A program made the translations under genes and the position numbers. Positions 41,261 to 54,512 of a DNA stretch of 64,000 bases are shown piece by piece. Source of the stretch: Octopus vulgaris (taxonomy: Eukaryota); contig OX597817.1 in NCBI GenBank assembly GCA_951406725.2, forward strand, positions 22,816,001 to 22,880,000. Direction: 5' to 3'. Positions within the stretch are counted from its first letter, which is position 1, and each line of letters opens with the position of its first letter. A model generated the notes under the pieces. The model did no database searches. It was not told the DNA's origin and worked only from the letters and a program-made list of their open reading frames with translations.

Positions 41261-42343
41261 GTTGAGGAGGCTAAAAGGTCATTAAACGGGTGACCCGTCC
41301 TAAGATCAGAAGATGCTACGAAGGTAGCAGTGAGAGTGATATCCGGATGTTTCAAGTGGTAGTTGTTGACTTGAAAACGACCTCGCTTCCATCATCCACT
41401 ATATTAGTAGTCAGCATCACCATATTTGAAGATCGTTTATATGGAGTGAGCCGTGCTCCTGAGCCAGCGTTGTTGGGTTGATGTCTATTCTAGCATTAGG
41501 GCTAGATAAATTTGTAGGTTTACTGTGCGTGGATCGGTGGTTGGTTGGTTGGTTGGTTGGTAGGTATCTTGCTACTCACATCAGGTTACTGATGTAGATT
41601 ATATGATGAACAAGTAGATTAGGTGATGAACTCTCGTACACACGCCGCGGCGTTCAAAGGGGCGACCACCGAATGAGCTATGATAGGAGAGAAAACGTTG
41701 ATAGAAATGCCGGTGACTGTGGCAGAGTTCAGACATTGCAGCCTGTTGTTAGTATAGCATCCATTAGTCCTACCACGATAACCACGTCTAAGGGCATGAG
41801 GGAAGTATTCAGCACGGGAGTTGATACTTTTCGTATCCGCTATAGAGATAAAGATATCCTTAGTACCAGATACTGGAAAACAAGTGAAAAATATTTAATA
41901 TGTTGAGTGCACTATTAGAATGATCAGGATATCGGTAAAATATTTCTGTATTGGCTCATACGAAAGAATTCGGATATTTGTTGTTTGGATAGCAATCTCA
42001 AATTTTGTTCCAGTTGTTTTCAAATTGTTACTACTTAAGAAAATGAAAATCAATTTCCCAATAAATCTATAATTAAAAAGTTATTAGCCTTTAAATTTAC
42101 AAAATTTGGGTAGTTTAGCCAATCAGAAGCGAGTATTTTACACATCACCGGGAAGTCCTGTTAGTATAGTAAGCAAAGAAATCTGCTTCCTTAGTAAATG
42201 TTTGCAAAGAGCTCTGTTTCCATAGTAACTGAAGATGCTGCGCATGCGCACAAGGAGTGTAACCACCACATATCCCATAATTGTTTTCATAACAGTAGGA
42301 ATTCGATTCGAGAATGGTATAGTAATTTTAGAACAGTTACGAG

Positions 42344-43185
42344 ATGGCTACAACTTTAAACCTTTCTTGTTTGATGGAAGAAGATGCAGCATATTTCTTC
42401 CAAGAGAAAGGAATAATACCAGAAAAGAAGATTTGTAAGAAAGGATATTCCATGGAAAAGAAAAAAAAGTTCGTGGGAATTTGTACTGGCGTGGACAACG
42501 GAGAAGTTGCAATGTATCTGTGTCCGAAAAGATACATGGTTGGAAAATGTCTCCCTTTCTCTGAAAACAATACATCTTTCATACGTATGTGTCAAGGAAA
42601 TGACCTCAATACGTTTTTGTAAAGAACTAGGTATGAATCAGAACACAGCTATTCATTACAGCAATTATGTTGTGAGTTTTGTGCAGAGGAGCTGCTCCGC
42701 AACCCATTCCAGATAGGTGGTCTCGGAAAGTGTTATTGAGATGGACGAAATAGTCTACTCAAAACGTAAGTACAACCGAGAGAGGATGGTACCTGAATAT
42801 GTCGCGAGACGAGGCAAGCTTTCCTTTACGCTGCACCAAGTCGTAACTGCGAAACAATAGGGGATTGCATACGGCATTCAGTTTTTCAGGAACCATTATC
42901 TTCATTGGCCTGTGGAGAGCTTGTAATCATATCCTAGAAATCGATGGCTATGTTTTCAAACATAAAAATATGAACCATAGCATTGAATTCATGAACCCAA
43001 AAAATAGGACTCACACTCAATAAATTGTGAGTGGATGGACGTCTTTAAAGCGTGGAAACAAACTCCGATGTGGGACACACCGTTACATGTTTGACACGTA
43101 TCTTTGCGAATTTATGTGGAGGAGATATGAGAAAGATAATCTATTTCATAAAATCCTAGAGTGTATTGCAAACTTTCGTTCTTGA
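42344..43185 (+). pseudogene. Merlin (IS1595/ISXO2-like DDE) transposase, degenerate
   Basis: Pieces across frames: IGGLG..IEMDE..SKRKYNR, LWRA, HKNMNHSIEFMNP..THTQ*I..W..LKR, YLCEFMWRR. Imperfect inverted agccaatcagaa segments at about 42117 and 43468. Confidence 0.85.
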
Positions 43186-43231
43186 ATTTTTAAACAAATA
43201 AACATCTGTTTTAAGCGATGTCGTTACTGTT

Positions 43232-43380
43232 ATTTCTAGCAACTGCAGTTGGTTTACTCGTAGCTTTAAATATTTAATTTGCTTCTGTATATTTGAATGT
43301 TTTTAGAGTTACTTCTAGCAACTGCAGTTGGTTTGCTCGCAACTTTTAAATATTTAATTTGCTCGCGTATGTTTTAATAT
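43232..43380. repeat. ~80 bp tandem duplication downstream of the Merlin transposase
   Basis: ttctagcaactgcagttggttt at 43234 and 43313. Confidence 0.85.
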
Positions 43381-44008
43381 TCTTCACTCTTAAATATAAT
43401 ACTTTGACATGCCACCCACTCTCCCTTTCTCGCTACAGATGATGGAAGACGTAGCGAACGCGCTGTTTTCTGATTGGCTGAATATTCTGAAAATTATCAA
43501 ACTTTGAACACCTGTAACACTTTCGCAAAATCTTTCTGGAATAACTGAATAACAAATTTGGATTCAGCGTCACAAATTACATCTATATGATACATGAAAA
43601 AGATCTTTTAAATATTTCGACATGCAGTGACTCAAACCACAATGCTTCAGAAGTTCTGTACGATACGCTGTCTACAATAGATTTAACGAGTTTGTGATAT
43701 GGATGGAAAGAGTTATTATGAAGATCTAAGGTAGCGTTTTAGTAGAAGTTGGTGGTTTTAAGGTTAAGCTTAACACACACACTAAGACCACGTTCTTAAA
43801 GAAAGATTTAATTCGTTTTCAATTCGTTTTCATTACCACTAGAATTGGCTATTACTATAACCCAAGACGGTACACAGAGCGTCATACCTATAGAGACCAC
43901 CAGAGAGAAGTGGGGTGGTAAATTCCCAGAGACAGAAAAGTACATAACATATCATGTGGTCAGTAATTTGGGCTGGGTCGCTCGACATCATCAAGATGTC
44001 GAAATTAA

Positions 44009-44220
44009 GGTGGTGAGCTGACAGAATCGTTAGCGCACCGGGCGAAATGCTTGACGGTATTTCGTCTCCCGCTACGTTCTGAGTTCAAATTCCGCCGAGG
44101 TTGACTTTGCCTTTCATCCTATCGATTAAATAAGTACTAGCTACGCACTGGGGTCGATATAATCGACTTAATCCGTTTGTCTCCTCTATGTTTAGCCCCA
44201 TGTGGGTAGTAAAGAAATAG
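44009..44220 (+). mobile_element. SINE family B
   Basis: Homology to 61994-62226. Confidence 0.85.
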
Positions 44221-45066
44221 AAATTATCGTAGTGTCCTTACGGGCCCATAATTTTCTGTAAAACCTAATCCCAGTGTGACGGGCTGTTAGAATTATATCA
44301 ACATTCTTCTGAGTTCCGATTTTCAGGATCGAAAATGTGGGCCTTGTTGAGAAGAACGGGTGAGACGCTAAGAAAAATAGGAATTTGCTTTATTTCTAAT
44401 GGGATAACGATCTAAAGCAGTTAATAACTTCAGTGATGCTAGACCAGAAGTTTGATAGAAGAATCTTATTACGTTGGTGGGGTAATCTTCTATTTAGAGT
44501 AACTTTGTTTATTTGATTTCTATCAGAGACAGAGGAGAAAATGACAAGGATAGAAAGAGTCACAACAAATTAGCCTTGTGGACTTTTAAATTTTTGCGCG
44601 GCGGTCTATGCTCGAAGAGTTCTTTCCTGTCCTCATGACCAAGATGAAAAGATAACTCCCGGCTCATCCGGTTGATTTCCTCTATAGTAGAATAAGGTAC
44701 AACTTTATTGTCCTTATGTAGTTGTTTGAAAATGAGGTTCCAATACGTAACCTTCTACCTATTGCCATCTATAAACGCACCGATTTTAATTTCTTTTAGG
44801 CAACGTGCCCTCTAACTAATACTTTCATAGGGCATTTGATTTTGGTATTATTTTTCTCTTTTCTCTTATCAACATGTCATCAATTCCGGGGTTAGTTCGA
44901 TGATTCATTTATTCATTATCATACGAAAAAGTAAACATGTTATAGGTAAAAGTACCTGAAGATCAGCTAAGCTTGTCCTCTGTATGTTACAACTTATGTA
45001 AGAAGCATCACTTTGCTATGAAGTGTTCGTTGTCCATGTTTGCTTTGTTCCATTCCTTACCTTCTT

Positions 45067-45149
<83 letters not shown>

Positions 45150-45165
45150 TATGTATGTATATAAT

Positions 45166-45378
45166 TCGGCAGGAGGACTTAAACGACATGCAAAGGTACA
45201 TGAAGCCCAGTTACAACTGCAGCCGGCTATTACCGGTAAAGGTTTTAGTTGCCAATTCTGTACAAGACATTGTAGATCTTTGGCTGAACTAAAAAGTCAC
45301 ATTCGATCACAGCACCTGTAACAGTTAAGCTTCGTGCAATGGCCATACTCGATAACGAGGGGACAGCCGTAATGTGTG
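45166..45378 (+). mobile_element. RTE LINE extreme 3' end (terminal C2H2 finger plus 3' UTR)
   Basis: GLKRHAKVH..FSCQFCTRHCRSLAELKSHIRSQH* then ggccatactcgataacgagggacagcc. Confidence 0.75.
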
Positions 45379-48300
45379 TATATTCTCGTGTGTACATTTT
45401 TATAAACCCAAAATTTTGATTTGCAAAATATGTTTCATAGTAATTAAGAAATCAGACTGTGCTGTTATATTTTTTTACAAGGTGGGAGATTAACACATTT
45501 AATTCTGCTTCGATTTCGCGCGAGTCTCGTCACAAGACGTCTGATAAGATTCTCGTGGAATTAAAAGATAATTACCTCAATAAAGACTCATCCGATGGAG
45601 AATAAATATGCATGCGCATGCATGAACGTACGCACTCAGATATACGCACACTCTCACATCCACACAATTATAATGTACGAAGGCTATACTGAGTATGTAT
45701 TCTTAACCGTTTCACTTATTTCAATAGAATAAAGAGGGAATTGAGAGAGAATTGGCTATTATTTTTAATCAGGTTGCTACGTTTATTAGAGCTCAATCGT
45801 TCACTGAAACTTGTTTGCAGTTCCTCGGTGCTGATTTGAGCGATAATTTCTTTTTTCATTATGATGTGAAACTGCATTCCTCTATTTTAATTCCTCCACA
45901 TCTTGTTCAAAATATAAAATTCTAATCACTGAAAAATATAAAGCATCATCTTTATAATAGAAGTAATTCTAGTAGAAGATATCCACGAATATTTATGTGC
46001 TAATATCTGTGGACCATTGTATATGATATTTGCTCATTCATTAGGAGTCAGAGTCATAGCGTTTACTGCTAAATTGATGTATCATCAGTTCTACTCTCCT
46101 AGTAGCTATTTATGCATTAAGAAATATTCTTCGAAGTAACACAAGTTCTTATAACTTAAAAAAAAGAAACTATTTCAAATTTAATTTCCAAATTTTGCGT
46201 TCTGAAATTATAGGTCAAAATCATTATTCTGTTTCCGATTATTGTAAGAATTTAATTAAACATAAAAGTATATATTTAATCTAAATATTTTACCAAGTTT
46301 AAATATATGTATTTAAAGCATGCGCAGGAAATTACATTAATTAAATTAAGTTTTATATTTTAATTAACGTATCGCATTCCACCCTACTTGAGATCATGAT
46401 TTGAAAATAACACACTGATGATGTCTCAAAAATAATATGCAAACATTGATTTTTATTGGCAATAGTTTCTCAACATTTGAAATTAGCAATGCAATAAAAT
46501 ACAGTAAAATAAATAATAATGCAACTCAAAGACAAAAAGTGCTAAGATTATATAGAGAGGAAGGAAAATGGCAAAGGTACGGAGGCAGATACGCAGAGAG
46601 GAGAGAGAAAGCGAGAAAGAGAAAGAAAATGAGAGAAATAAAGAGAGGGAGAAAGAATGGTAGAGAGAGAATCAAGTTGAAGAAGGAAGGATAGAAATAC
46701 GAAGGTAAAAAATAAACAGTATAGTAAATGAGTTTTTATTTCGTTTTGGACGAGAGATTTAGTTACATAACTTTTTTCTTTATTGAAGCATATTTTCTTT
46801 ATTGTGCATCATTTTTTTTTACTGTAATGATTAGTGTAAAATTATTGTGAAAATATTTAATTTTATTTATTTTTGTATTTATTTAATTATTTGCGAAACT
46901 TCGATAAAGTGAAACATGATCTATCAACAGAAAAAAAAAAAAGAAATTAAAGAAGAAACCGTTTCGAAAAAAACTTTGAAAAATATTTCGAAGAAATCTT
47001 ATCTTACGTTCAACACAGGAAACCAGGAAAGAAATTTTCAGAAAAATAACCAAAATAAGAAATTAATTTCAAACTAATAGAAAAAAAAGTTAAAAATAAA
47101 TATATATAATTTAAATAATCAGTTGAAGATAAATCACACAATTCTATCAGTCTTCATTTTTAGAATAAAAATTAGTTTGTGTCTTATGCGTGAGCGTTCG
47201 TTTTTTCATTCCTTATATATCGGTATAATGTGTGCTTAATACGTTAAACCACACCCGCAATAAAAGTTGATGATCATACATAGAGTAAAATGCACATAGA
47301 AGCACACAAAGAAGAGAAAGTGGTGGTGGTGGTGGGGAGATGGCTGAGAGAGAAGTCTAGTTCTGTTAATGCAATACAGAAACAAATGGAACAAATAGGG
47401 AAGATTTTAGGGTAAGTAAAAAAAAGTGATTTCGAAAAATTTCGCAGAAAATAAGTATCAATTCATAGCATCGTGGGCCTTTACAAATGCATTTTCACAG
47501 TTGAAAGCAGATTTTATGAAAAAATACTTAGAGAATGATTAACAACAACCCGAAAAGAATAACAGACAATAAAGAAATGCAGAAATTACGCATACAGACA
47601 CATATGTAAATTTAAAGGATAATGTGTTTTAAGAGAACAAGAAATTGCCGTAACTGTGGAAAATTTTCAGAATAGTTAGCGCTAATATGATTTGTAAATC
47701 TAAGAACTTAGAAATGCTATGAGACTATTCTACTCCGAAAATAACACTCAATAGGGTAATTTAAAGGAAATATTGTACCTTTTCAGTTCTTTCTTGCAGT
47801 AATTTATTTTCTTTCCATTTCTAGTAACTTTTATATATTTACCTCATCAATTCATCATCTAATTTGGACGCAGACTGGCATACAAATTGAACTGCATTGA
47901 AGATTTGTTTATTTATTTATTTACTTATTTATCTTACATTCACATCAAAATGAACTGATCTCAGCAATTCCTTATAATTTCTGCACATTTCGTTCTTTTT
48001 GTTAGAATCCTATTAAGAGACCCTTGTTTGGATGGATACGTTAAGTAGTTGCAAATGTATATTAGAACAGAAGAAAACATATTCACATACGTCCTCTCTC
48101 TCTCATAGAAACACACACAGACAGACAGACACACACACACACGTACACAATCTTATATGAATATATGTATATCAGTTTTTTGTAATTATCAAAGATTGAT
48201 CACTTAAGTATATTACATGAATTTCCGTATCTTTTCGTGTATAGGTATGACAAAAAACTGTTATTAATATGAAATGTATCCTCTTGTGCGTGTTTGAAAC

Positions 48301-48605
48301 CATTATATCACTGTATATTACATAGTTATGTGTTATATAATTATGTATTATATGACAAAATGAATTAATGTATATAACTATATTTATACACATTGGTTTA
48401 TGACAAAACGATTAAGTAGTATGCTTTGTATATGATATTTCTATCTTGCCTACAATTAAAGTTCCATTACATAAAGCAGTTACGTAATAAATAGTTGCAT
48501 CTTAGTATTATGAAATAGTAAGTGATTGCATATATATATATACTTGGTTGCATCCCCAACCAAGAATTTTTGATGTAACACATGTCCTTGTGGAAGCTGT
48601 TGTGC

Positions 48606-48683
48606 GCGGCTGAAGAAGGCCACAGACATACATTATGCTTTGTTATAAATCTGTCTAATAAAGGCCCGAAACATATGTACCGC
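48606..48683 (+). ncRNA. Type I hammerhead ribozyme with long stem II insert
   Basis: gcgg-CTGAAGA-aggcc..(acaga/tctgt)..aggccc-GAAA-catatg-TA-ccgc; about 115 nt upstream of a (TA)n tract. Confidence 0.75.
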
Positions 48684-48791
48684 TGAGTCCTTCGCCTCAT
48701 GTTTTTATTTTTATTTTGATCAATTTACTCCACCACCTACACCACCAAACGGTATACACAGGTGCTTATAATTATCAAGTACTCACCCCGA

Positions 48792-48834
<43 letters not shown>

Positions 48835-48850
48835 AACGCGTGCGTGCAGA

Positions 48851-49061
48851 GACGCAGGCAAGGCTGTAAGGTAAGAAGCTTGCCTCCGATACACATGGTT
48901 CGAGGGTCAGTCTCACTGTGTGGCACCTTGGGCAAGTGTCTTCTACTATACCCTCGGGCAGACCAAAGTCTTGTGAATGGATTTGGTGGACGGAAACTGA
49001 AAGGAGCCGAGCCTGTTGTCTACACACCCGTCTTTGTCTTTTCTTTTTTATATATTCTCAC

Positions 49062-49095
<34 letters not shown>

Positions 49096-49308
49096 AGCAT
49101 GTGTATTCATGTGTGTCTGTGTTTTCCTCACCCTACCCTACCATCGCTTGACAACCGATGCTGGTGTGTTCATGTTATCCATAACTTAGCGGTTCGGCAA
49201 AAAAGACCGATAGAATATGTACTATGCTTAGAAAGGGTAAGCCCTAGCATCGAATTCTTCGATGCTCATCCATGGCCGCAGTCAAATGACTCAAGAAGTA
49301 AAAAGAAA
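48851..49308 (+). mobile_element. SINE family A, diverged
   Basis: Homology with an expanded internal microsatellite. Confidence 0.85.
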
Positions 49309-49668
49309 ATTTAAGAACAAAATAATATATATATACATAAACAAGCAAATACACACACAAATCTATATATGTATATATATATATATAGTCAACATGTGAG
49401 ATCAAGAGACATTCAGTAAATAAAGAACGTAGTAGTACTCAGATGATTTAATGGAAGACAATTTCTCCACCCTGACGACAAAGAAAGGTTTTACGGTAGT
49501 TTATTTACATTAACTACTGGTTACATATCCTTTTCCAAATAGACGAATATGTATATGCATCTACATGAATGTTAGCCTGAATATTTTCAGTTTTTGTTTC
49601 TCTCCCCATATATTTTTATATATGTAGGAACGTTCCCTTGAACTCTCTCTCTCTCTCTCTCTCTCTCC

Positions 49669-49716
<48 letters not shown>

Positions 49717-49723
49717 TCTCTCT

Positions 49724-49942
49724 CTCTTTACTCTTTTACTTGTTTCAGTCATTTAACTGCGGCCATGCTGGAGCACCGCCTTTAATCGAGCAACTCGACC
49801 CCGGGACTAATTCTTTTGTAAGCCCAGTACTTATTATATCGGTCTCTTTTTGCCGAACCGCTAAGTGACGGGGACATAAACACACCAGCATCGGTTGTCA
49901 AGCAATGCTAGGGGGACAAACACAGACACAGAAACACACACA

Positions 49943-49992
<50 letters not shown>

Positions 49993-50157
49993 TACGACGG
50001 GCTTCTTTCAGTTTCCGTCTACCAAATCCACTCACAAGGCTTTGGACGGCCCGAGGCTATAGTAGAAGACACTTGCCCAAGGTGCCACACAGTGGGACTG
50101 AACCAGGAACCATGTGGTTGGTAAACAAGCTACTTACCCCACAGCCACTCCTGCGCC
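49724..50157 (-). mobile_element. SINE family A
   Basis: Full-length homology. Confidence 0.9.
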
Positions 50158-50249
50158 TACATATATATTATATGTATATATATTAACGTTCCCTTCAACT
50201 GTACCATATCCACAAACATATATAAGAAATTTATGGCAATTTCTGAAAA

Positions 50250-50550
50250 ATACTTCCATGCTTCCCATTGATATAATAGAATATTATCCCATAAGACACA
50301 CTCTCGAATTCTACATCTAGCAAGATTTTGGAACTCAAGAAAAGTGGGATCGAATTTAGTCTTCAGTGGGATATAACACAGAAAGCGCAGCCTTATAGAT
50401 ATAGTCGATACGGCTGTGAACTGTTCTCTATGGAAACCTATTAGATTTTTAAGTATAGGGACACAAGAACAACCTGATCAATGATAGATTAGACCTAAGG
50501 TATCATGCGTGCATAGCTTCACCTGTACATTTAAGTATTTTCGAGATTAG
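50250..50550 (+). pseudogene. Degenerate Penelope-like GIY-YIG C-terminus
   Basis: Manual translation ILELKKSGIEFSLQWDITQKAQPYRYSRYGCELFSME, then frameshifted LINDRLD..CVH; parallels 16311-16547. Confidence 0.7.
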
Positions 50551-51136
50551 TGATTATAGGTGTCATGCTTGAACTTTGATGGTGGAACTTAATTTTGGTG
50601 TCGTATCCGTTGTAAACTTACACTTTAGTATTAAATATAATAAAATCATGGAATATTATGTTGTATAGTGAATTAAATTACATTGCATATGTTATAAGCT
50701 ATATGTTGTGGTACGTGGTGTGCTATATGTAATTGCTATTCCATGATAACTCCCGCCTAGTTACTCTGACTTCAGCATACTTTGATGATTAAACTATTTT
50801 TTCCTTTCTATGATGTTATACATTACTGACCATATGTATATTTGTAATGGCTTTTACGTAAGTCTCCTAATTATATACCCCTAGAAACTATAAAATCGCA
50901 TATATTATAGCACCTGTAACACTACAACTTACAAAATCTCTTCGGTCTGAGTACCCCTAAAATCCCCTCACTACACCCATACCTACTACCTCCTCTTTTA
51001 GGGGTTACCTTTATTTCTTCCCTATCCAAAATTGTAATACTCTGTCTCTTTAGATGTAGGTTATATGTATTTCTTATTACTTTCTATAAATTCTTATTAT
51101 TTTGTTATTTTTGTTATCTTTTGTTATCTTACCTAT

Positions 51137-51514
51137 TCACAAATGCCAGAACTGGGCGCCACTGCATAGTGCCAAGGACTCCAAATTTGCTATCAAGATG
51201 TAGGACAAGATACTGTGATAGCCTGGGCTTCCGAGGCCCACAGCTCTTCAATATCCTCCCGGAGAACCTAAGAGACCTGCACTGGGTGGATGCAGATGTC
51301 TTTAAAATAAAACTGGATCTCTTCTTGCCAGGTGTCCCAGATGAATCAACTTCACGGCAGGAGGTGCAGATGAGGGCAGCTGCATCGAACTCTCTCATGC
51401 ACCAAATGGCAATTGCTAAAAAACATTCGTGAAGTAAAATGATGTAGCAACACCAAATGGTGGTGCCCCAGCATGGCCACAGCTTGTGAGCTGAAACTAG
51501 ATAAAAAAAAAAAA
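51137..51514 (+). mobile_element. CR1-group LINE 3' end with poly(A)
   Basis: GRHC..SLGFRGPQLFNILPENLR..FKIKLDLFL..VPD..AASNSL.HQ, short 3' UTR stem-loop, A12. Confidence 0.85.
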
Positions 51515-51517
51515 TAT

Positions 51518-51810
51518 TAACCTCTTTTCCCTTATAAGTTGTTATTGTTCTTAAATAGAGATTTTTCAGATACTTAGGTGTATGCTAGATGGTTATATCC
51601 ATGGAAACGTATAAATATTTTTATATGTGTATATATGCATATATGTGCATAACCTATAAACCTCTTTATCCCTTATAAATTGTTATTCTTCTTACTCGTA
51701 AATAGATACTTTTCAGTTACTTAAGTCTATACCAGATTATTATAATATACTCACATAAACGTATAAATATTTGTCTATGTGTATGTGCACATGTGTGCAC
51801 ATATATAAAC
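51518..51810. repeat. Diverged ~140 bp tandem duplication
   Basis: aacctcttt..cccttataa.ttgttatt at 51519 and 51659; aaacgtataaatattt twice. Confidence 0.75.
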
Positions 51811-52758
51811 ATGTATCTGGATCTGTACACATCTTTATTTTTTCTGATTCTTGGCTTATAATTAATATATAGATATCATGTTTATCTTTCCAGTATTCCA
51901 TAAGTCAGTGCCCAGGGCAGTCTTTATAGAAATCACCTAATAAGTAATTCATTAAGTACATGATTGAATATTAAAGTTATTCTATGTAATCTTTCCTTTT
52001 TAATATTGATAATTGATATATACACACATTTTACCTGTTTTCGTTATGATATCATTTTCGATAATCTTAAATTTTATCTTTATACAACATAACTATATTG
52101 TTTATAAACAATCACCCATAGTTCCCCAAGATAAAATTTCCTTTATATTAATATACTAGGTTTTATTAGCGTCTTGCCCCTTTAACTGATAATTAACATC
52201 ATGATTTAGAGTCTGCCCATATCTAGCCTCCTTTTATGGACAGTTACTCGATATCCAATTTACTACTCCTAATGTCTTCTACCCTCCCCAAAGAAAAGGA
52301 ATGCATATGACAATATTTATGACCATACCTACCTATAAGCTGTCAATCCACTCTTGCCTTTCATTATAAACAGACACAGTCTTCTTAGATTTAGCAGTTG
52401 ATAAAAAGACAAGTAAATTAGAAATGAACCACAATCCTTTACACGCTATGACCCCAGTGGGCTTCATGCCATTCTTGGAAGTGAAGTCTATTTTTAGCTA
52501 CAATAGCGATGACATGAATTTCTTCTATCATCTTGCTCTGTTAAAGTATTTGCGAAAAATTATATTAACGTGTCCAACGTGTTAAAATTCTATTTATTTG
52601 TGCAGCGGACGGTAGCTCTACATTTACACTGATGTACTGATTGCATTGCTTAAATAAATGGAGCCGCTTGAAACGTTCGTACTACATCACTTCTTGATAT
52701 CCTGTTGCTTATTTTGATTTTATTCACCCTTACTTCGAGTTGTGCGGATATATACATA

Positions 52759-52843
<85 letters not shown>

Positions 52844-53025
52844 ATATAAACATGTATATATACATATATATGTACATGTATACACGATATATATATATAT
52901 ATACATATATCTTTATATATATATGCATGTATATATATTTATGTATATATGTATGTATATACACATGTGTATATATATATGTATATATATACGTGTTCGT
53001 ATATACATGTATTATATATATATAT

Positions 53026-53480
53026 ATGATGGCCGACTCCTCATTAACGAGTATGGCCATTGCACGAAGCTCAACTGTTATTGGTGCTGTGATCGAATGT
53101 GAATTTTATTTGCTTTTTAAGGCTACAGCCAGCCATTCAGTTGAGACTCACAGCACCATCAACAATCATGAACAATGTTATATTGCAATGCCTGTGCAAG
53201 AAGATTTTTTTAAAGTGAGGAAAGGCTGTGCACTGAATCAATCCCACTCACTAAGCAACAGGAGCCATAATCCTAAAAGAAGAACAAGTCGACATCATCG
53301 GTAACCACTGAGCCGCAGGTTTTATGTCGGAGTTATCCCAGTTACTTGAGTTACCTTCTCCTAGAAGGATGCCCTAACATAGGCGAGGGTCCTTCACTTT
53401 CAATGGTTTAACAGCGCGATCGGGTATTCAGTCCGATTACTTCTATGTCCCCGCACATGATACAGCCTTAAGCCATAAGA
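53026..53480 (-). mobile_element. Short non-autonomous RTE derivative (5' UTR-like body plus RTE 3' tail)
   Basis: 53026-53103 is the reverse complement of 45297-45373. The upstream part is unrelated to the RTE ORF and contains ttctaggagaaggtaactc, recalled from RTE 5' UTRs. Confidence 0.65.
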
Positions 53481-53531
53481 AAAAAATGGAAATTACACTA
53501 TATATATATATTGTGATTTTAATTATATGTA

Positions 53532-53906
53532 CTCTTTACTCTTTTACTCTTATACCTGTTTCAGTCATTTGACTGCGGCCATGCTGGAGCACCGCCTTTA
53601 GTGTAAGCCCAGTACTTATTCTATCGGTCTCTTTTTTGCCGAACCGCTAAGTGACGGAGACGTAAACACACCAGCATCGGTTGTCAAGCATGCTAGGGGG
53701 ACAAACTCAGACACACAAACACACATATACATATATATATATACGACAGGCTTCTTTCAGTTTCCCTCTACCAAATCCACTAACAAGGTATTGGTCGGCC
53801 CTGGGCTATAGCAGAAGACAGTTGGCCAAGATGCCACGCAGTGGGACTGAACCCGGAACATTGTGGCTGGTTAGCAAAGTACTTACCACACGGCCACTCC
53901 TGCGCC
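53532..53906 (-). mobile_element. SINE family A with internal deletion
   Basis: Lacks about 33 nt between gccttttag and tgtaagccc. Confidence 0.9.
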
Positions 53907-53940
53907 TATGTATATTTATATATATATATATATATATATT

Positions 53941-54243
53941 ACCGTGATCACCGTGACTTACTAGGTAATCAAATGTTGCTACATATCGCTGGTCACAATG
54001 CGCTTCGCATTGTCTAGCCTTCAAATCACGCCACCCCGCTGGCTAAGCGAGCAGACCAACAGAAGAAAGAGTGAGAGAAATTTGTGGCGAAAAAGTACAG
54101 CAGGGATCGCCACAGCGTCGTGGAGCTTTAGGTGTTTTCGCTCAATAAACACTCATAACGCCCGGTCTGGGAATCGAAACTGCGATCCTACAACGCGAGT
54201 CCGCTGCCAGAGCCACTAGGCCATTGGGCCATTGGGCCTCCAC
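53941..54243 (-). mobile_element. SINE family C, tail type 2
   Basis: tRNA head (tggcctagtgg..gtttcgattccc), body shared with 38905-39070, distinct tail ending in gtcacggt-gatcacggt. Confidence 0.75.
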
Positions 54244-54331
54244 TCGTAAAACAGACGAAAGAGCGCTAAACATTTCACCCGGGGTGCTAACGTCCGTGCC
54301 CGTTCGCCGCCTTGGTATACATATCTTTCCT

Positions 54332-54428
<97 letters not shown>

Positions 54429-54512
54429 ATATATACATATATATATCCATCTATCTATCTATCAATCTATTTATCTCTCTATCTCTCTCTCTACACACAT
54501 ATATATATATAT

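Noticed and set aside
45166-45321. C2H2 zinc-finger gene exon
   Set aside because: No TGEKP linker; followed directly by a retrotransposon-type tail that recurs at 53026-53103.
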